Assembly: GCA_963932905.1 (NCBI GenBank)
Contig: CAWVRN010000009.1
Span: 1 to 64,000 of the forward strand
Direction: 5' to 3'
Length of the DNA: 64,000 nt
Source of the DNA: an uncultured Bdellovibrio sp.
GTDB lineage: Bacteria > Bdellovibrionota > Bdellovibrionia > Bdellovibrionales > Bdellovibrionaceae
Shown: in pieces, positions 1-10,028 of the stretch
Numbering within the stretch: the first letter of the stretch is position 1
Layout: each line of letters opens with the position of its first letter
Program-made: the position numbers and the translations under genes
Notes under the pieces: generated by a model
Seen by the model: only the letters and a program-made list of their open reading frames with translations
The model's database searches: none
Told to the model about the DNA's origin: nothing

Positions 1-2
1 AA

Positions 3-239
3 TTTAAAGGTCGAGCAAGCGCCATCGTGGGTCAGGGTGAGTTGAAGAAGGTTGGTTTTGACCCGTTGTTTGCGATTAACCATACGTGCGCGACTTTAAG
101 AGCTAGAACTTGTAGATTGATCCGAAGAACTTGGTGTACTACGAAGAAGCCGGAAATGCTTAATTTACATTTGGCGATAGTGTGTCTTCATCATAATTTG
201 AATTTAAAGAAATTAAATCTCCCCTTAGCTGCAGGCTAA
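3..239 (+). CDS. C-terminal part of IS1-like transposase-related protein (5' end outside window)
   Basis: Frame is open from base 3 (FKGRASAIVGQGELKK...). NHTCATLRARTCRLIRRTWCTTKK resembles the IS1 InsB C-terminal LR..RL.R.T...SK motif. Confidence 0.55.
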   Translation, partial: FKGRASAIVGQGELKKVGFDPLFAINHTCATLRARTCRLIRRTWCTTKKPEMLNLHLAIVCLHHNLNLKKLNLPLAAG

Positions 240-1561
240 GGGGCCAGTTCTAAGTAGGTATCAATCGCAGTGGCCATTTTTCTTCCATCGGCTATCGCCC
301 AAACAATAAGTGAAGCGCCGCGAACTAAATCGCCCGCAGCGAAAACTCCGGATACAGAAGTGTGGTAAGGTGCCGGTGTCACTAATTTTTCGTCACTGGT
401 TGTCAGCGTTTTAAGCTGAGTCGTAAGAGGTTGCGTTCGCGCCCCTAGAAATCCCAGCGCCAAAATGACAAGATCGGCTTTAATTGTGTAGGGAGCTGAT
501 GACCCATCGGTTGGTACGACGGAAATTTGTTCAAGATGGCCATTGCGCCCTTCGAAACCGATAGTTTTTAATCCCCACAACCGTTGACCACCTTCTTCAT
601 GGGCATGTGAGTATTTTGGATTGGCTGGTTTAGATTGAAGTTCAATTTGTGTGACCGATTTAGCACCTTGACGAAGTGCTGTACCTAAACAATCCGACCC
701 CGTATCACCACCACCCAAGATCACTACGTCTTTTCCGTAAGCCGAAATATTTAAAGACGATATTTCTTTGGATATAAGTTTATTTTGATCTGTTAAATAA
801 TCCATCGCAAAGTGAACACCGGACAGATCGCGACCGGGAATAGTAAGGTCTCTAGGTTTTTCTGCACCTGTCGCTAATCCTATGGCATCGAACTGGCTTT
901 TAATTTCGTCAAAGGAAATATCGCTTCCAATAGAAACACCAGTTTTGAACTCAACACCTTCTTGTTTCATTTGTTGTAAACGACGATCAATTCGCCATTT
1001 TTCAAATTTGAAATCAGGGATACCATAGCGAAGCAATCCGCCCGCGTGTGCGTTTTTTTCAAATACAGTAACCTGGTGACCTTTACGCGCCAATTGTTGA
1101 GCCGCTGCAAGACCTGCGGGGCCGGAACCAACGATGGCGATCTTTTTTCCAGTTTTTGTTTTTGGAATTTGGGCCGTCACCCAGCCCTCAGAAAATGCAC
1201 GGTCGATAATACTGCGTTCTATCGACTTTATAGACACCGCAGTATCATTGATCCCGGCAACACATGCCGATTCACAGGGTGCGGGACAAAGACCACCAGT
1301 GAATTCGGGAAAATTATTTGTCAGTTGTAATCGCTGGTAAGCTTCGCGCCAACGATTTTGCGCTATCAGTTTATTCCATTCTGGAATCAGATTATCAACG
1401 GGACAACCGGACCCACTTTGACAAAACGGAACTCCGCAATCCAAGCATTGCTGCGCCCGTTCCCGTTTTTCGAACACATTAAGTTTGTTAGTGTAAATCT
1501 CGTTCCAGTCTTGAACGCGATCCTGGATTGGACGGTAATCAGTCGAATCAAGCACGTTCAA
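236..1561 (-). CDS. gltD: Glutamate synthase small subunit
   Basis: CLDCGVPFC...CP FeS motif, GSGPAG and GGGDTG dinucleotide motifs; overlaps end of gltB. Confidence 0.95.
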   Translation of the reverse strand: MNVLDSTDYRPIQDRVQDWNEIYTNKLNVFEKRERAQQCLDCGVPFCQSGSGCPVDNLIPEWNKLIAQNRWREAYQRLQLTNNFPEFTGGLCPAPCESACVAGINDTAVSIKSIERSIIDRAFSEGWVTAQIPKTKTGKKIAIVGSGPAGLAAAQQLARKGHQVTVFEKNAHAGGLLRYGIPDFKFEKWRIDRRLQQMKQEGVEFKTGVSIGSDISFDEIKSQFDAIGLATGAEKPRDLTIPGRDLSGVHFAMDYLTDQNKLISKEISSLNISAYGKDVVILGGGDTGSDCLGTALRQGAKSVTQIELQSKPANPKYSHAHEEGGQRLWGLKTIGFEGRNGHLEQISVVPTDGSSAPYTIKADLVILALGFLGARTQPLTTQLKTLTTSDEKLVTPAPYHTSVSGVFAAGDLVRGASLIVWAIADGRKMATAIDTYLELAP

Positions 1562-4500
1562 CCTCGAATGTGAATGGACGTTTTTCTTTAATGGGCTGAG
1601 TTTGACTCAGTATTTTTTTGTATTCGGTTGGAAACACCTTTACGAAATTTTTTCTATAGATATTCCAATTCTTAAGGATCGTGTCGGCAAGGGAGCTTTG
1701 AGTTGACTTGAAATGGGTTTGAATCCGATCTTTCAATTGATCTAATTCTTGATCTTCAAGTGCCCAGATCAATTCGGCAGAAGTAAGGTTGCACTGTTCG
1801 TGCAGTTTTTGATTTACATCCAAAACATAGGCAATACCGCCCGACATGCCGGCCGCAAAGTTTTTTCCAACGGAACCTAGAACGATGACTTCGCCGCCAG
1901 TCATATACTCACAACCATGATCGCCAGCGCCTTCAACAATCGCACGAGCCCCGCTGTTGCGAACCGCGAATCGCTCGCCAGCAGCGCCAGCAATATAAAC
2001 ATCACCAGACGTCGCACCGTAAAGGCATGTGTTTCCAGCAAGTGATATTGGAGTCGTAGTCAGCAAATCTTTTGGCGGTTGAATCGAAATTTTCCCTCCA
2101 GATAGACCTTTGCCGACATAGTCGTTGGCTGTACCAATTAGGTTCAAAGAAATTCCTTTAGCTAAGAACGCACCGAACGACTGTCCTGCCGTTCCCTGGA
2201 AGTTTAGATTTAAACTGTTGTCGATTAAACCGTTGGCACCGCCGTGTTTAACGACATGATAGGAAAGGCGAGTTCCAATGGACCGATCCCTATTTCCAAT
2301 TTTGGCCTGAAGCGATAGTGGCAAAGAGTTTTTAAATATCGGCTGACTCCATTTTTCAATTTGCTGTTCTAGCGAAGACAGATTTTCTTTTTCTGGTTTT
2401 ATAGCTCCGGGTACAAGGCAGGTGGCTGGCGACAATAGTGCCGATAAATCAAGTCCCGTTAGTTTTGGATTGCGAAGTCGGTCACGATCCGTTGTTTTAA
2501 ATTCTAGAATATCTGTGCGACCAATCATTTCACTGAAAGATCTAAAACCAAGCCGGCTCATAATCTGGCGAACTTCGCTGGCGATAAAATGGAAATAGTT
2601 GATAACATGTTCTGGCTGTCCTGCAAATTTTTTTCGCAAAACAGGATCTTGAGTCGCTATGCCGACCGGGCATGTATTCAGGTGGCACTTGCGCATCATG
2701 ATGCATCCTTGAGCGATCAGTGGCGCCGTTGAAAATCCAAATTCATCGGCCCCTAAAAGGGCAGCGATGACAACATCATGACCTGTTTTAAGCTGGCCAT
2801 CTGTTTCGATAACAACACGATCTCGTAAACCATTGCGCACCAATGTCTGATGCGATTCACTGAGTCCCATTTCCCAAGGAATACCCGCATATTTGATAGA
2901 AGAATAGGGAGAGGCCCCAGTGCCCCCAGAGTCGCCGCTAATCACAATTTTATCAGCCATGGCTTTGGCAACACCGGCGGCTACGGTGCCGATACCGGCT
3001 TCAGCCACCAGTTTAACCGAAATGCGCGCGCCGGGATTACTTTTTTTAAGATCAAAAATTAATTGCGCCAGGTCTTCGATAGAATAAATATCGTGATGGG
3101 GTGGTGGAGATATCAATGTCACACCTGGGGTCGCATGGCGAAGTCCCGCAATAAGCGAATCAACTTTGTGACCTGGTAACTGTCCACCTTCACCGGGCTT
3201 TGCCCCTTGAGCCATTTTTATTTGTAGTTCTATCGCGTTAGCTAAATAATGAGCCGTGACTCCAAATCGCGCCGACGCAATTTGTTTGATCGCAGAATTT
3301 CTTTTGTCACCGTTGGGATCAGGATTGAATCGAGCCGCATCTTCGCCGCCCTCACCGGAATTGCTTTTAGCACCGATGCGATTCATAGCGATGGCCAGGC
3401 TCTCGTGCGCTTCGGTTCCTAATGCACCCAGCGACATTGCGCCGGTAGTAAAACGTCGAAGAATCATTTGAATGGGTTCTACGTCCTCAAGCGAAATAGA
3501 TTTACGATCCGACTTGAAATTTAAAAATCCGCGCAGAGTGGATTTTAATGTACTGGCAACATTGGCGGAAAAGGATTGATAGGCGAGCGCGTTGTTACTA
3601 CGTACCGCATTTTGAAGGTAACTAATACTGGATGGATTCCACAGATGTATTTCTTCGCCTTCGCGGTAGTGAATTTCACCACCGGTGGCCAGCAGTGACA
3701 GCGAAGGTGGTTCATTTTCAGCTAGCGGGTAAGTAAATTCTTGAGTTTGAAAACGCACTGATTCTTGCTTTAATAAATTTAAATCAACACCTTCAATGCG
3801 CGATACAGATCCAGGGAAATATTTTTGAACTAAAGTTGAATTCAATCCAACAATTTCAAAAACTTGGGCGCCGCAATACGATTGCAAAGTAGAAATGCCC
3901 ATTTTTGAAATAATCTTTAGCAAACCTTTGTTGATAGCCTTTGTATAGTTGTTGATCGCAGTGGCTCTATTGGTCTGACTAATTTGGTTGTCGTCGCTTA
4001 AATAATTTGCCAGTTCATAAGCTAGAGCGGGATAGATCGCTTCTGCCCCATAGCCAAGGAGGCAGGCAAAATGATGCACGTCACGCACCTCATTGGATGC
4101 GACGACAAGGGAAACGCAAGTTCGTAGGTTGCGATTAATCAAATGATGATGAACAGCGGAAAGGCTTAATAACGAAGGTATAGCTAGGAATTCAGAGTTT
4201 GCATTCAAATCAGACAACACGATAACCTCATGCGAAGAGGCTAACGCGACAGCTTGTTCGCAAATAACGTCCAGCTGTGCCTCCAGATCTTGATTGGGAT
4301 CATATGTCGTGGCGATGACGCCAACACTTAAATCTGTTTTGGCTTCAACAAGCTGTTGATACTGCGAATGACTTAGAACGGGTTGCTTTAATTTTACCAA
4401 CGCGTTTTTGTTTGGCTTTTGTTCTAGTAAGTTTGGCTTATGTCCAAGGTAGGTCGCTAATGACATCACCAAGTTTTCTCGTATCGAATCCATCGGTGGG

Positions 4501-6038
4501 TTTGTTACCTGCGCGAACATTTGGCGAAAATAGTTAAACAGAATTTGCGGTTTTTCAGATAAGATGGCGAGTGGGGTATCTTTACCCATCGAAGAACTGG
4601 CTTCTTCCGCATTTTGAAACATGGGCAGCAAGGTGGATTCAATTTCTTCGCGCGAATAATTAAATTGACGAAGTTTTTGAAACGTCGCCATCGGGTTCAC
4701 ATTGGGTTGCGCTGATGGTGAAGAGTCCGATAGTTCCTTGATCGTATTGGCATCCATCCAAGCCTTGAATGGTAAAGACTGCGCCATTTTGGATTTGATA
4801 TCAAAATCTAAATAAATTTGGTTGTTTTGAATGTCGATGGCCAGCATTTGTCCAGGCCCTAGGCGACCTTGCGTTTTTACTTCACTGTTAGAAATATTTA
4901 GTGTGCCCATTTCTGAACCAAGAACTAAACTACCATCGTTTAGAATTTGATACCGACACGGTCTAAGACCATTTCGGTCTAATTTGGCGCCGATCCAATC
5001 TCCATCACAAAAGCAAACAGCAGCGGGGCCATCCCAAGGTTCCAGTCGAGTCGCAAAGTAATCATAGAAAGATTTAATATGAGGATCGCTAGCTGATGGA
5101 TCTGGCATCAAAGCCATCAATGTTTTAGGCAGTAGATATCCCGAGTGGCGAAGAGCGCTAACAGTATCATCTAAATACTGAGAATCACTTTGGCCTTTCA
5201 ATATCAGTGGCGCTAGTAATCCCGGATTTTGGGGACTCAATTGCTGACGAATATGTTGCTCGCGGGCCCTGAGCCACGTCAAGTTACCTCGAAGAGTGTT
5301 GATTTCACCGTTGTGGCAAATGGTGGAAAAGGGTTGCGCTAATCGCCACGCAGGTAATGTGTTGGTACTGAACCGCGAATGCACCATCGCATACTGGCAA
5401 TGCATCTGTTCTGATTTTAGATCGAGATAATAATCCCCCAACTCCGATGGCAAAGACAAACCTTTGTAAACGATGGTTTTGTTCGATAGCGAAATGACAT
5501 CGAAAAGGGAATTTCGTTGAAGATCATTCTTTAAAAGATATAAACGTCGCTCGAGATCGGAAGGGGAGTTGGCAGAATCGGAAACAAAAATTTGGTAAAT
5601 GATGGGCTCGATGGCTCTCGCTTGAGCGCCAAGAACCGTCGAGTTTACCGGAACATCACGCCAGGCGTCCACACTGAGTCCTAGTGCGGCTGCTAACGTA
5701 CCGACTTTTCGTTTTTGCTCGTTAATGTAGCTTAGGTTCTGTTTGTAGAAGAATAGCATCCCTACGGCAAATGTCGTTTCATTGAGGTGCTGTGAAATTT
5801 CTGGTAGTCGACGGAAAAAATCATGATCTAACTGCATTAGAATACCAGCTCCATCGCTGGTTTTTCCATCTGCACCTAAGGCGCTGCGATGAGAAAGATT
5901 AGCTAAAATGGTCAACGCGCGCGAAACGGTTTGGTGTGATGTAGTCTTGGATCCCGCATAGATTAAGCCGATACCGCATGCGTCTTTTTCAAAATCTTCT
6001 GAATACATCCCTGATTTTTTGTGAAGATAATTTTCCAT
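1548..6038 (-). CDS. gltB: Glutamate synthase large subunit
   Basis: EKDACGIG Ntn amidotransferase start, HSRFSTNT, KMAQGAKPGEGGQLPG, CIMMRKCHLNTCP 3Fe-4S motif, C-terminal GXGXG domain. Confidence 0.97.
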   Translation of the reverse strand: MENYLHKKSGMYSEDFEKDACGIGLIYAGSKTTSHQTVSRALTILANLSHRSALGADGKTSDGAGILMQLDHDFFRRLPEISQHLNETTFAVGMLFFYKQNLSYINEQKRKVGTLAAALGLSVDAWRDVPVNSTVLGAQARAIEPIIYQIFVSDSANSPSDLERRLYLLKNDLQRNSLFDVISLSNKTIVYKGLSLPSELGDYYLDLKSEQMHCQYAMVHSRFSTNTLPAWRLAQPFSTICHNGEINTLRGNLTWLRAREQHIRQQLSPQNPGLLAPLILKGQSDSQYLDDTVSALRHSGYLLPKTLMALMPDPSASDPHIKSFYDYFATRLEPWDGPAAVCFCDGDWIGAKLDRNGLRPCRYQILNDGSLVLGSEMGTLNISNSEVKTQGRLGPGQMLAIDIQNNQIYLDFDIKSKMAQSLPFKAWMDANTIKELSDSSPSAQPNVNPMATFQKLRQFNYSREEIESTLLPMFQNAEEASSSMGKDTPLAILSEKPQILFNYFRQMFAQVTNPPMDSIRENLVMSLATYLGHKPNLLEQKPNKNALVKLKQPVLSHSQYQQLVEAKTDLSVGVIATTYDPNQDLEAQLDVICEQAVALASSHEVIVLSDLNANSEFLAIPSLLSLSAVHHHLINRNLRTCVSLVVASNEVRDVHHFACLLGYGAEAIYPALAYELANYLSDDNQISQTNRATAINNYTKAINKGLLKIISKMGISTLQSYCGAQVFEIVGLNSTLVQKYFPGSVSRIEGVDLNLLKQESVRFQTQEFTYPLAENEPPSLSLLATGGEIHYREGEEIHLWNPSSISYLQNAVRSNNALAYQSFSANVASTLKSTLRGFLNFKSDRKSISLEDVEPIQMILRRFTTGAMSLGALGTEAHESLAIAMNRIGAKSNSGEGGEDAARFNPDPNGDKRNSAIKQIASARFGVTAHYLANAIELQIKMAQGAKPGEGGQLPGHKVDSLIAGLRHATPGVTLISPPPHHDIYSIEDLAQLIFDLKKSNPGARISVKLVAEAGIGTVAAGVAKAMADKIVISGDSGGTGASPYSSIKYAGIPWEMGLSESHQTLVRNGLRDRVVIETDGQLKTGHDVVIAALLGADEFGFSTAPLIAQGCIMMRKCHLNTCPVGIATQDPVLRKKFAGQPEHVINYFHFIASEVRQIMSRLGFRSFSEMIGRTDILEFKTTDRDRLRNPKLTGLDLSALLSPATCLVPGAIKPEKENLSSLEQQIEKWSQPIFKNSLPLSLQAKIGNRDRSIGTRLSYHVVKHGGANGLIDNSLNLNFQGTAGQSFGAFLAKGISLNLIGTANDYVGKGLSGGKISIQPPKDLLTTTPISLAGNTCLYGATSGDVYIAGAAGERFAVRNSGARAIVEGAGDHGCEYMTGGEVIVLGSVGKNFAAGMSGGIAYVLDVNQKLHEQCNLTSAELIWALEDQELDQLKDRIQTHFKSTQSSLADTILKNWNIYRKNFVKVFPTEYKKILSQTQPIKEKRPFTFEVERA

Positions 6039-6311
6039 CAGCGGAAAAACTAGATTGATAAATATCTTTCTGCAACAAAAGAATATATAATTTATCTAGA
6101 GTTTTTACCCTTAATGAAGGGATGAAAATATTTTTTAACAAATTATTTTTAAAAATAAAATTTTGAAATGCTTGTCATAATGAAAATCGATGAAGTTTCT
6201 ACTCGATTTAAAAATCTTCCCAATTTTTTTTTTGTCTTCTAAACTTTTTCCATTAACGAAACTTCTATGTGCCTCGCTGTACATACAGGTTTCACACAAA
6301 AAGGAAAAAAC

Positions 6312-7676
6312 ATGTTAACAAAAGAGCCTACAGCGTTTGTGAAAGATGCTAAGAGATTCGGTGAGCCTTCGGTTCACTTAAAAAATAATTTTTCAAATAT
6401 ATTGTTGCTAGCGACACTGATCAGTGGCGTGGCGCGGGCTGATGAAGCTGCTTCGGCTATATCGGCGGGAGACACGGCATGGGTGTTAATTTCATCAGCC
6501 TTAGTTTTATTGATGACGCCGGGACTAGCTTTATTTTATGCGGGAATGGTTCGCAGTAAAAATGTAGTGTCTACTTTATTTAAAAACTTCGGCGCTGTTG
6601 GTGTTGTTGGTGTGTTGTGGATTATCCTTGGCTATTCATTGGCATTTGCTCCGGGAAATTCATTTTTAGGTGGATTGCAACATGTGATGTTAGCGGGAGT
6701 TGGGCAAACGGCGAATGCAGATTACTCAGCAACCATTCCTCATATCGCATTCGTTATTTTTCAATGTATGTTCGCTGTGATCACACCCGCCCTGATGACC
6801 GGCGCGATTGTGGAACGCATTCGATTTAAATCTTGGATTTTGATCATGGCATTGTGGTCATTGCTAGTGTACGCGCCAGTGGCTCATTGGGTTTGGGGCA
6901 TCGGCGGCTGGGTACGCAACATGGGGGCTTTGGATTTCGCCGGAGGCATGGTGGTACACATGACAGCTGGCTATTCGGCCCTCATCATGGCCAAACTTTT
7001 AGGACCTCGTCGTGAAAGCGAAGCCCACGTGCCTCATGATATTGGTATGGTGATGTTAGGAACAGCCCTTTTATTTTTTGGATGGTTTGGTTTCAACGCG
7101 GGCTCGGCGCTGGCAGCCAATGGTTTAGCGGCGCAAGCCTTTGCAACCACTTTTTTTGCGGGCTCGGGTGCCATGGTGACTTGGATGTTTGCGGAATGGT
7201 TTTATAAAGGTAAACCGTCAGCTCTTGGTGCCTGTGTTGGTGCGGTCGCCGGTCTTGTCGCGATTACGCCGGCTGCGGGGTTTGTTACTGCCGGTGCTGC
7301 TTTAACGATAGGATTGTTGACGGGTATTATTTGCTACACGGCGGTTTGTGTAATCAAAGCTAAATTTAAGCTGGATGATTCACTAGACGTGTTCGGTTGC
7401 CACGGCGTAGGTGGAACTTTAGGCGCTATCTTTACTGCGATCTATGCAGACAAGTCGGTGAACCCGGCCGGAGCTGATGGTTTGTTGATCACAGGGGATT
7501 TTTCGCTGTTGAAAACTCATCTTGTCAGTGGTGCTGCGATTGTTGCGTATAGCATCGTTGTATCGGCAGCTATCGTAGTTCTAGTTCGACGTTTTGGAAC
7601 GATCCGTGTAGATGTTACATCTGAAGATATAGGATTAGATTTATCTCAGCACGGGGAAGCTGTCGTTAGAGTTTAA
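6312..7676 (+). CDS. amtB: Ammonium transporter
   Basis: FQCMFAVITPAL, DFAGGMVVH, GWFGFNAGS, DDSLDVFGCHG. Start moved to ATG 6312 after an AAGGA RBS. Confidence 0.95.
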   Translation: MLTKEPTAFVKDAKRFGEPSVHLKNNFSNILLLATLISGVARADEAASAISAGDTAWVLISSALVLLMTPGLALFYAGMVRSKNVVSTLFKNFGAVGVVGVLWIILGYSLAFAPGNSFLGGLQHVMLAGVGQTANADYSATIPHIAFVIFQCMFAVITPALMTGAIVERIRFKSWILIMALWSLLVYAPVAHWVWGIGGWVRNMGALDFAGGMVVHMTAGYSALIMAKLLGPRRESEAHVPHDIGMVMLGTALLFFGWFGFNAGSALAANGLAAQAFATTFFAGSGAMVTWMFAEWFYKGKPSALGACVGAVAGLVAITPAAGFVTAGAALTIGLLTGIICYTAVCVIKAKFKLDDSLDVFGCHGVGGTLGAIFTAIYADKSVNPAGADGLLITGDFSLLKTHLVSGAAIVAYSIVVSAAIVVLVRRFGTIRVDVTSEDIGLDLSQHGEAVVRV

Positions 7677-7723
7677 GTAGACAGAATAATCGAATCCAGG
7701 CATTGTCATGGTCGAGCAGGACT

Positions 7724-8644
7724 ATGACACTATCTTCATCTTCAAACGTAAATATATATCTAAAAAAGGCAGCGCACTTATTCGCGCTGCCTGTTTCAAA
7801 AAAAATTGAAAAATGGACCTTATTTGAATTTCCATTTGATTCAAGATTGCTGACGTTAAGTCCGCTGTATTTAAAGAGCCGAAAATATTACTTGGAATTA
7901 GGTGGCCGATTTTATCCACGCCTATGTTCAACGATGCGTTCATTAAGTGCTCAAGATTTATTTGCTGATAGTATTGATTATTCACCTTCAGAATCGGAAT
8001 TAATTTGGTTTGTACAAAACAGAGACGACGTGACCGATCCAGAAAAGGAAATTGAATCTATCACGCGCTTCACCGAAATTTCTGTGTTCCACGAACAGAA
8101 TCATCGCGTGATTTGGCGTTTACTGCCGCCAGCCCCATCAGAGCAGCATGATCTTCGTCGTTATTTAAATTTTGCAGAAAGCCTTGTTGTGATTTTAGAT
8201 TTGGCTTTAGGTGATGAACTGGGCGTAAAATACTCACGTGAATTTGAAGAGATGCGGGTTATCTATCGGGCCGGCGGTCGCGGACCATGGATTCAGAAAA
8301 ACCACAAGCAAAACAGAAACTACTATTTGGCGCTTTTTTTAGCGACTTATTATTTATTAGAAATGATGAACCCTGAGGACATTCTACCGGCATTGAACTA
8401 TGTATTTCCGGGCCAGGCGGCAATAAACAAAGCTGTCACAAAACGCAGTCTTGAGCTGAGCGAACTTTTCACACGTATTACGAATCCACAATGGCAAGAA
8501 CGTTACTGGAAGCAAGCTTCAAAAAAGCTATCTAGAATTCACAAAGGTTCAGCTGAAGACGAGCTGTACTTGCCAGAAGACCCTTTAGATTTTGGTGATG
8601 ACTTATATATAGTAAATCAAGTGCTAGATCATTACAGTGTGTAG
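7724..8644 (+). CDS. Hypothetical protein with HExxH motif (possible zincin-like)
   Basis: Long ORF with FHEQNH followed by a Glu in NFAESL; start codon uncertain. Confidence 0.6.
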   Translation: MTLSSSSNVNIYLKKAAHLFALPVSKKIEKWTLFEFPFDSRLLTLSPLYLKSRKYYLELGGRFYPRLCSTMRSLSAQDLFADSIDYSPSESELIWFVQNRDDVTDPEKEIESITRFTEISVFHEQNHRVIWRLLPPAPSEQHDLRRYLNFAESLVVILDLALGDELGVKYSREFEEMRVIYRAGGRGPWIQKNHKQNRNYYLALFLATYYLLEMMNPEDILPALNYVFPGQAAINKAVTKRSLELSELFTRITNPQWQERYWKQASKKLSRIHKGSAEDELYLPEDPLDFGDDLYIVNQVLDHYSV

Positions 8645-8739
8645 ATTTACCTTACGCCAATAAAAATAACATTCAAATTGCCCGATTTTTAAGAGAAATT
8701 CATCGTGACATATTTTTGGGAGCACTTTAGCCTTTTTCT

Positions 8740-9969
8740 ATGCCTCATTTGTTACCTAGTTTTTTGACTTTACTAGTAGTTATCGCCGTAGCTCGATTTT
8801 TTGGTTTTGTTTTTCGCTGTTTAAATCAGCCTTCTGTGATGGGCGAAGTTTTAGGCGGAATTATTTTGGGACCGTCGGTATTGGGTTATTTTTTTCCTGA
8901 CTATATGGGGGCCATTTTTCATGCTGATGCCATGGTGTTCTTGCGCCATATTGCTGAAATTGGAATCGCACTTTATCTTTTTGTAATGGGTTTGGAGATA
9001 GATCTTCACCGCTTGAAAAAATCGGCGCGTTCAGCCGTGGCGATTTCTCAGGCCAGCATCATTCTGCCGTTTATTTTAGGTATCGGTTTAGCGATGCAAC
9101 TTTATTCTAGTTACGCTCCGGCGGGGATTGGCCAGCTAGAATTTTCGTTGTTTATTGGAGTTTCTTTGTCGATAACCGCGTTTCCTGTGTTAGCGCGTAT
9201 TTTAGCCGATTCAAATATGCACAAAACGCCACTCGGTGATTTGGCTCTGACATGTGCTGCCATAGATGATATCAGTGCCTGGTGTTTGGTAGCCGTCGTA
9301 ACCGGAATTATGAAGTCTTCGTTATCGGGTGCGGGATGGACAATTGCGCTGACCATATTTTACGTTTTATTTATGATTACGGTAGTTCGTCCTTATGTCG
9401 AACGTTTGATTCCTCGTTTAGAACAATCGGTGGAACGACTGCCGCAGGCTTTACTAGCCTTAGCCGTCTTGGGTGCTTTAGCATCGGCGGCGATCACAGA
9501 TCTAATTGGTATACATGCCTTCTTCGGTGCCTTCCTTTTTGGAGCGATTATTCCGCATGATAGTTTGGTTGCACGTGAAATCACTGAAAAACTTCAAGAC
9601 TTCGTAGCAATTTTATTTCTGCCGGCCTTTTTTGCATTAACGGGCGTGAAAACTCAGTTAGGTTTGATGGGAAATTCTCGGGATGCGTTGATTTGCTTGG
9701 CAATTATTGGTTTAGCGATTTTAGGAAAATTTGGTGGTGCGTTCATCGGTGCCAAAATTTCTGGCAGCCCAACACGAGAAGCCGCGACTTTGGGAATTTT
9801 AATGAACACGCGCGGTCTAGTAGAACTGATCGTTTTGAATATTGGTTTGTCGGTGGGTGTGTTGAGTCCAACGTTGTTCACAATGCTCGTCATCATGGCA
9901 CTTGTGACGACATTTATGACGGGCCCGTTGCTGAGGGTGATTAGGCAAACAGAAACTGTGACGTCCTAA
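8740..9969 (+). CDS. Cation:proton antiporter (CPA2/Kef-type)
   Basis: QPSVMGEVLGGIILGPS, SITAFPVLARIL, AAIDD and MNTRGLVELIVL motifs; many TM segments. Confidence 0.9.
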   Translation: MPHLLPSFLTLLVVIAVARFFGFVFRCLNQPSVMGEVLGGIILGPSVLGYFFPDYMGAIFHADAMVFLRHIAEIGIALYLFVMGLEIDLHRLKKSARSAVAISQASIILPFILGIGLAMQLYSSYAPAGIGQLEFSLFIGVSLSITAFPVLARILADSNMHKTPLGDLALTCAAIDDISAWCLVAVVTGIMKSSLSGAGWTIALTIFYVLFMITVVRPYVERLIPRLEQSVERLPQALLALAVLGALASAAITDLIGIHAFFGAFLFGAIIPHDSLVAREITEKLQDFVAILFLPAFFALTGVKTQLGLMGNSRDALICLAIIGLAILGKFGGAFIGAKISGSPTREAATLGILMNTRGLVELIVLNIGLSVGVLSPTLFTMLVIMALVTTFMTGPLLRVIRQTETVTS

Positions 9970-10028
9970 AATGAGATTTTCAGATAGATCTTTAGTGAAA
10001 TCCAAAACTTGCCGTATAGTAACTGTTG

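Noticed and set aside
6045..6106. Imperfect inverted repeat upstream of gltB as a riboswitch or attenuator
   Set aside because: Very AT-rich and imperfect, with no recognisable aptamer; too weak to call.
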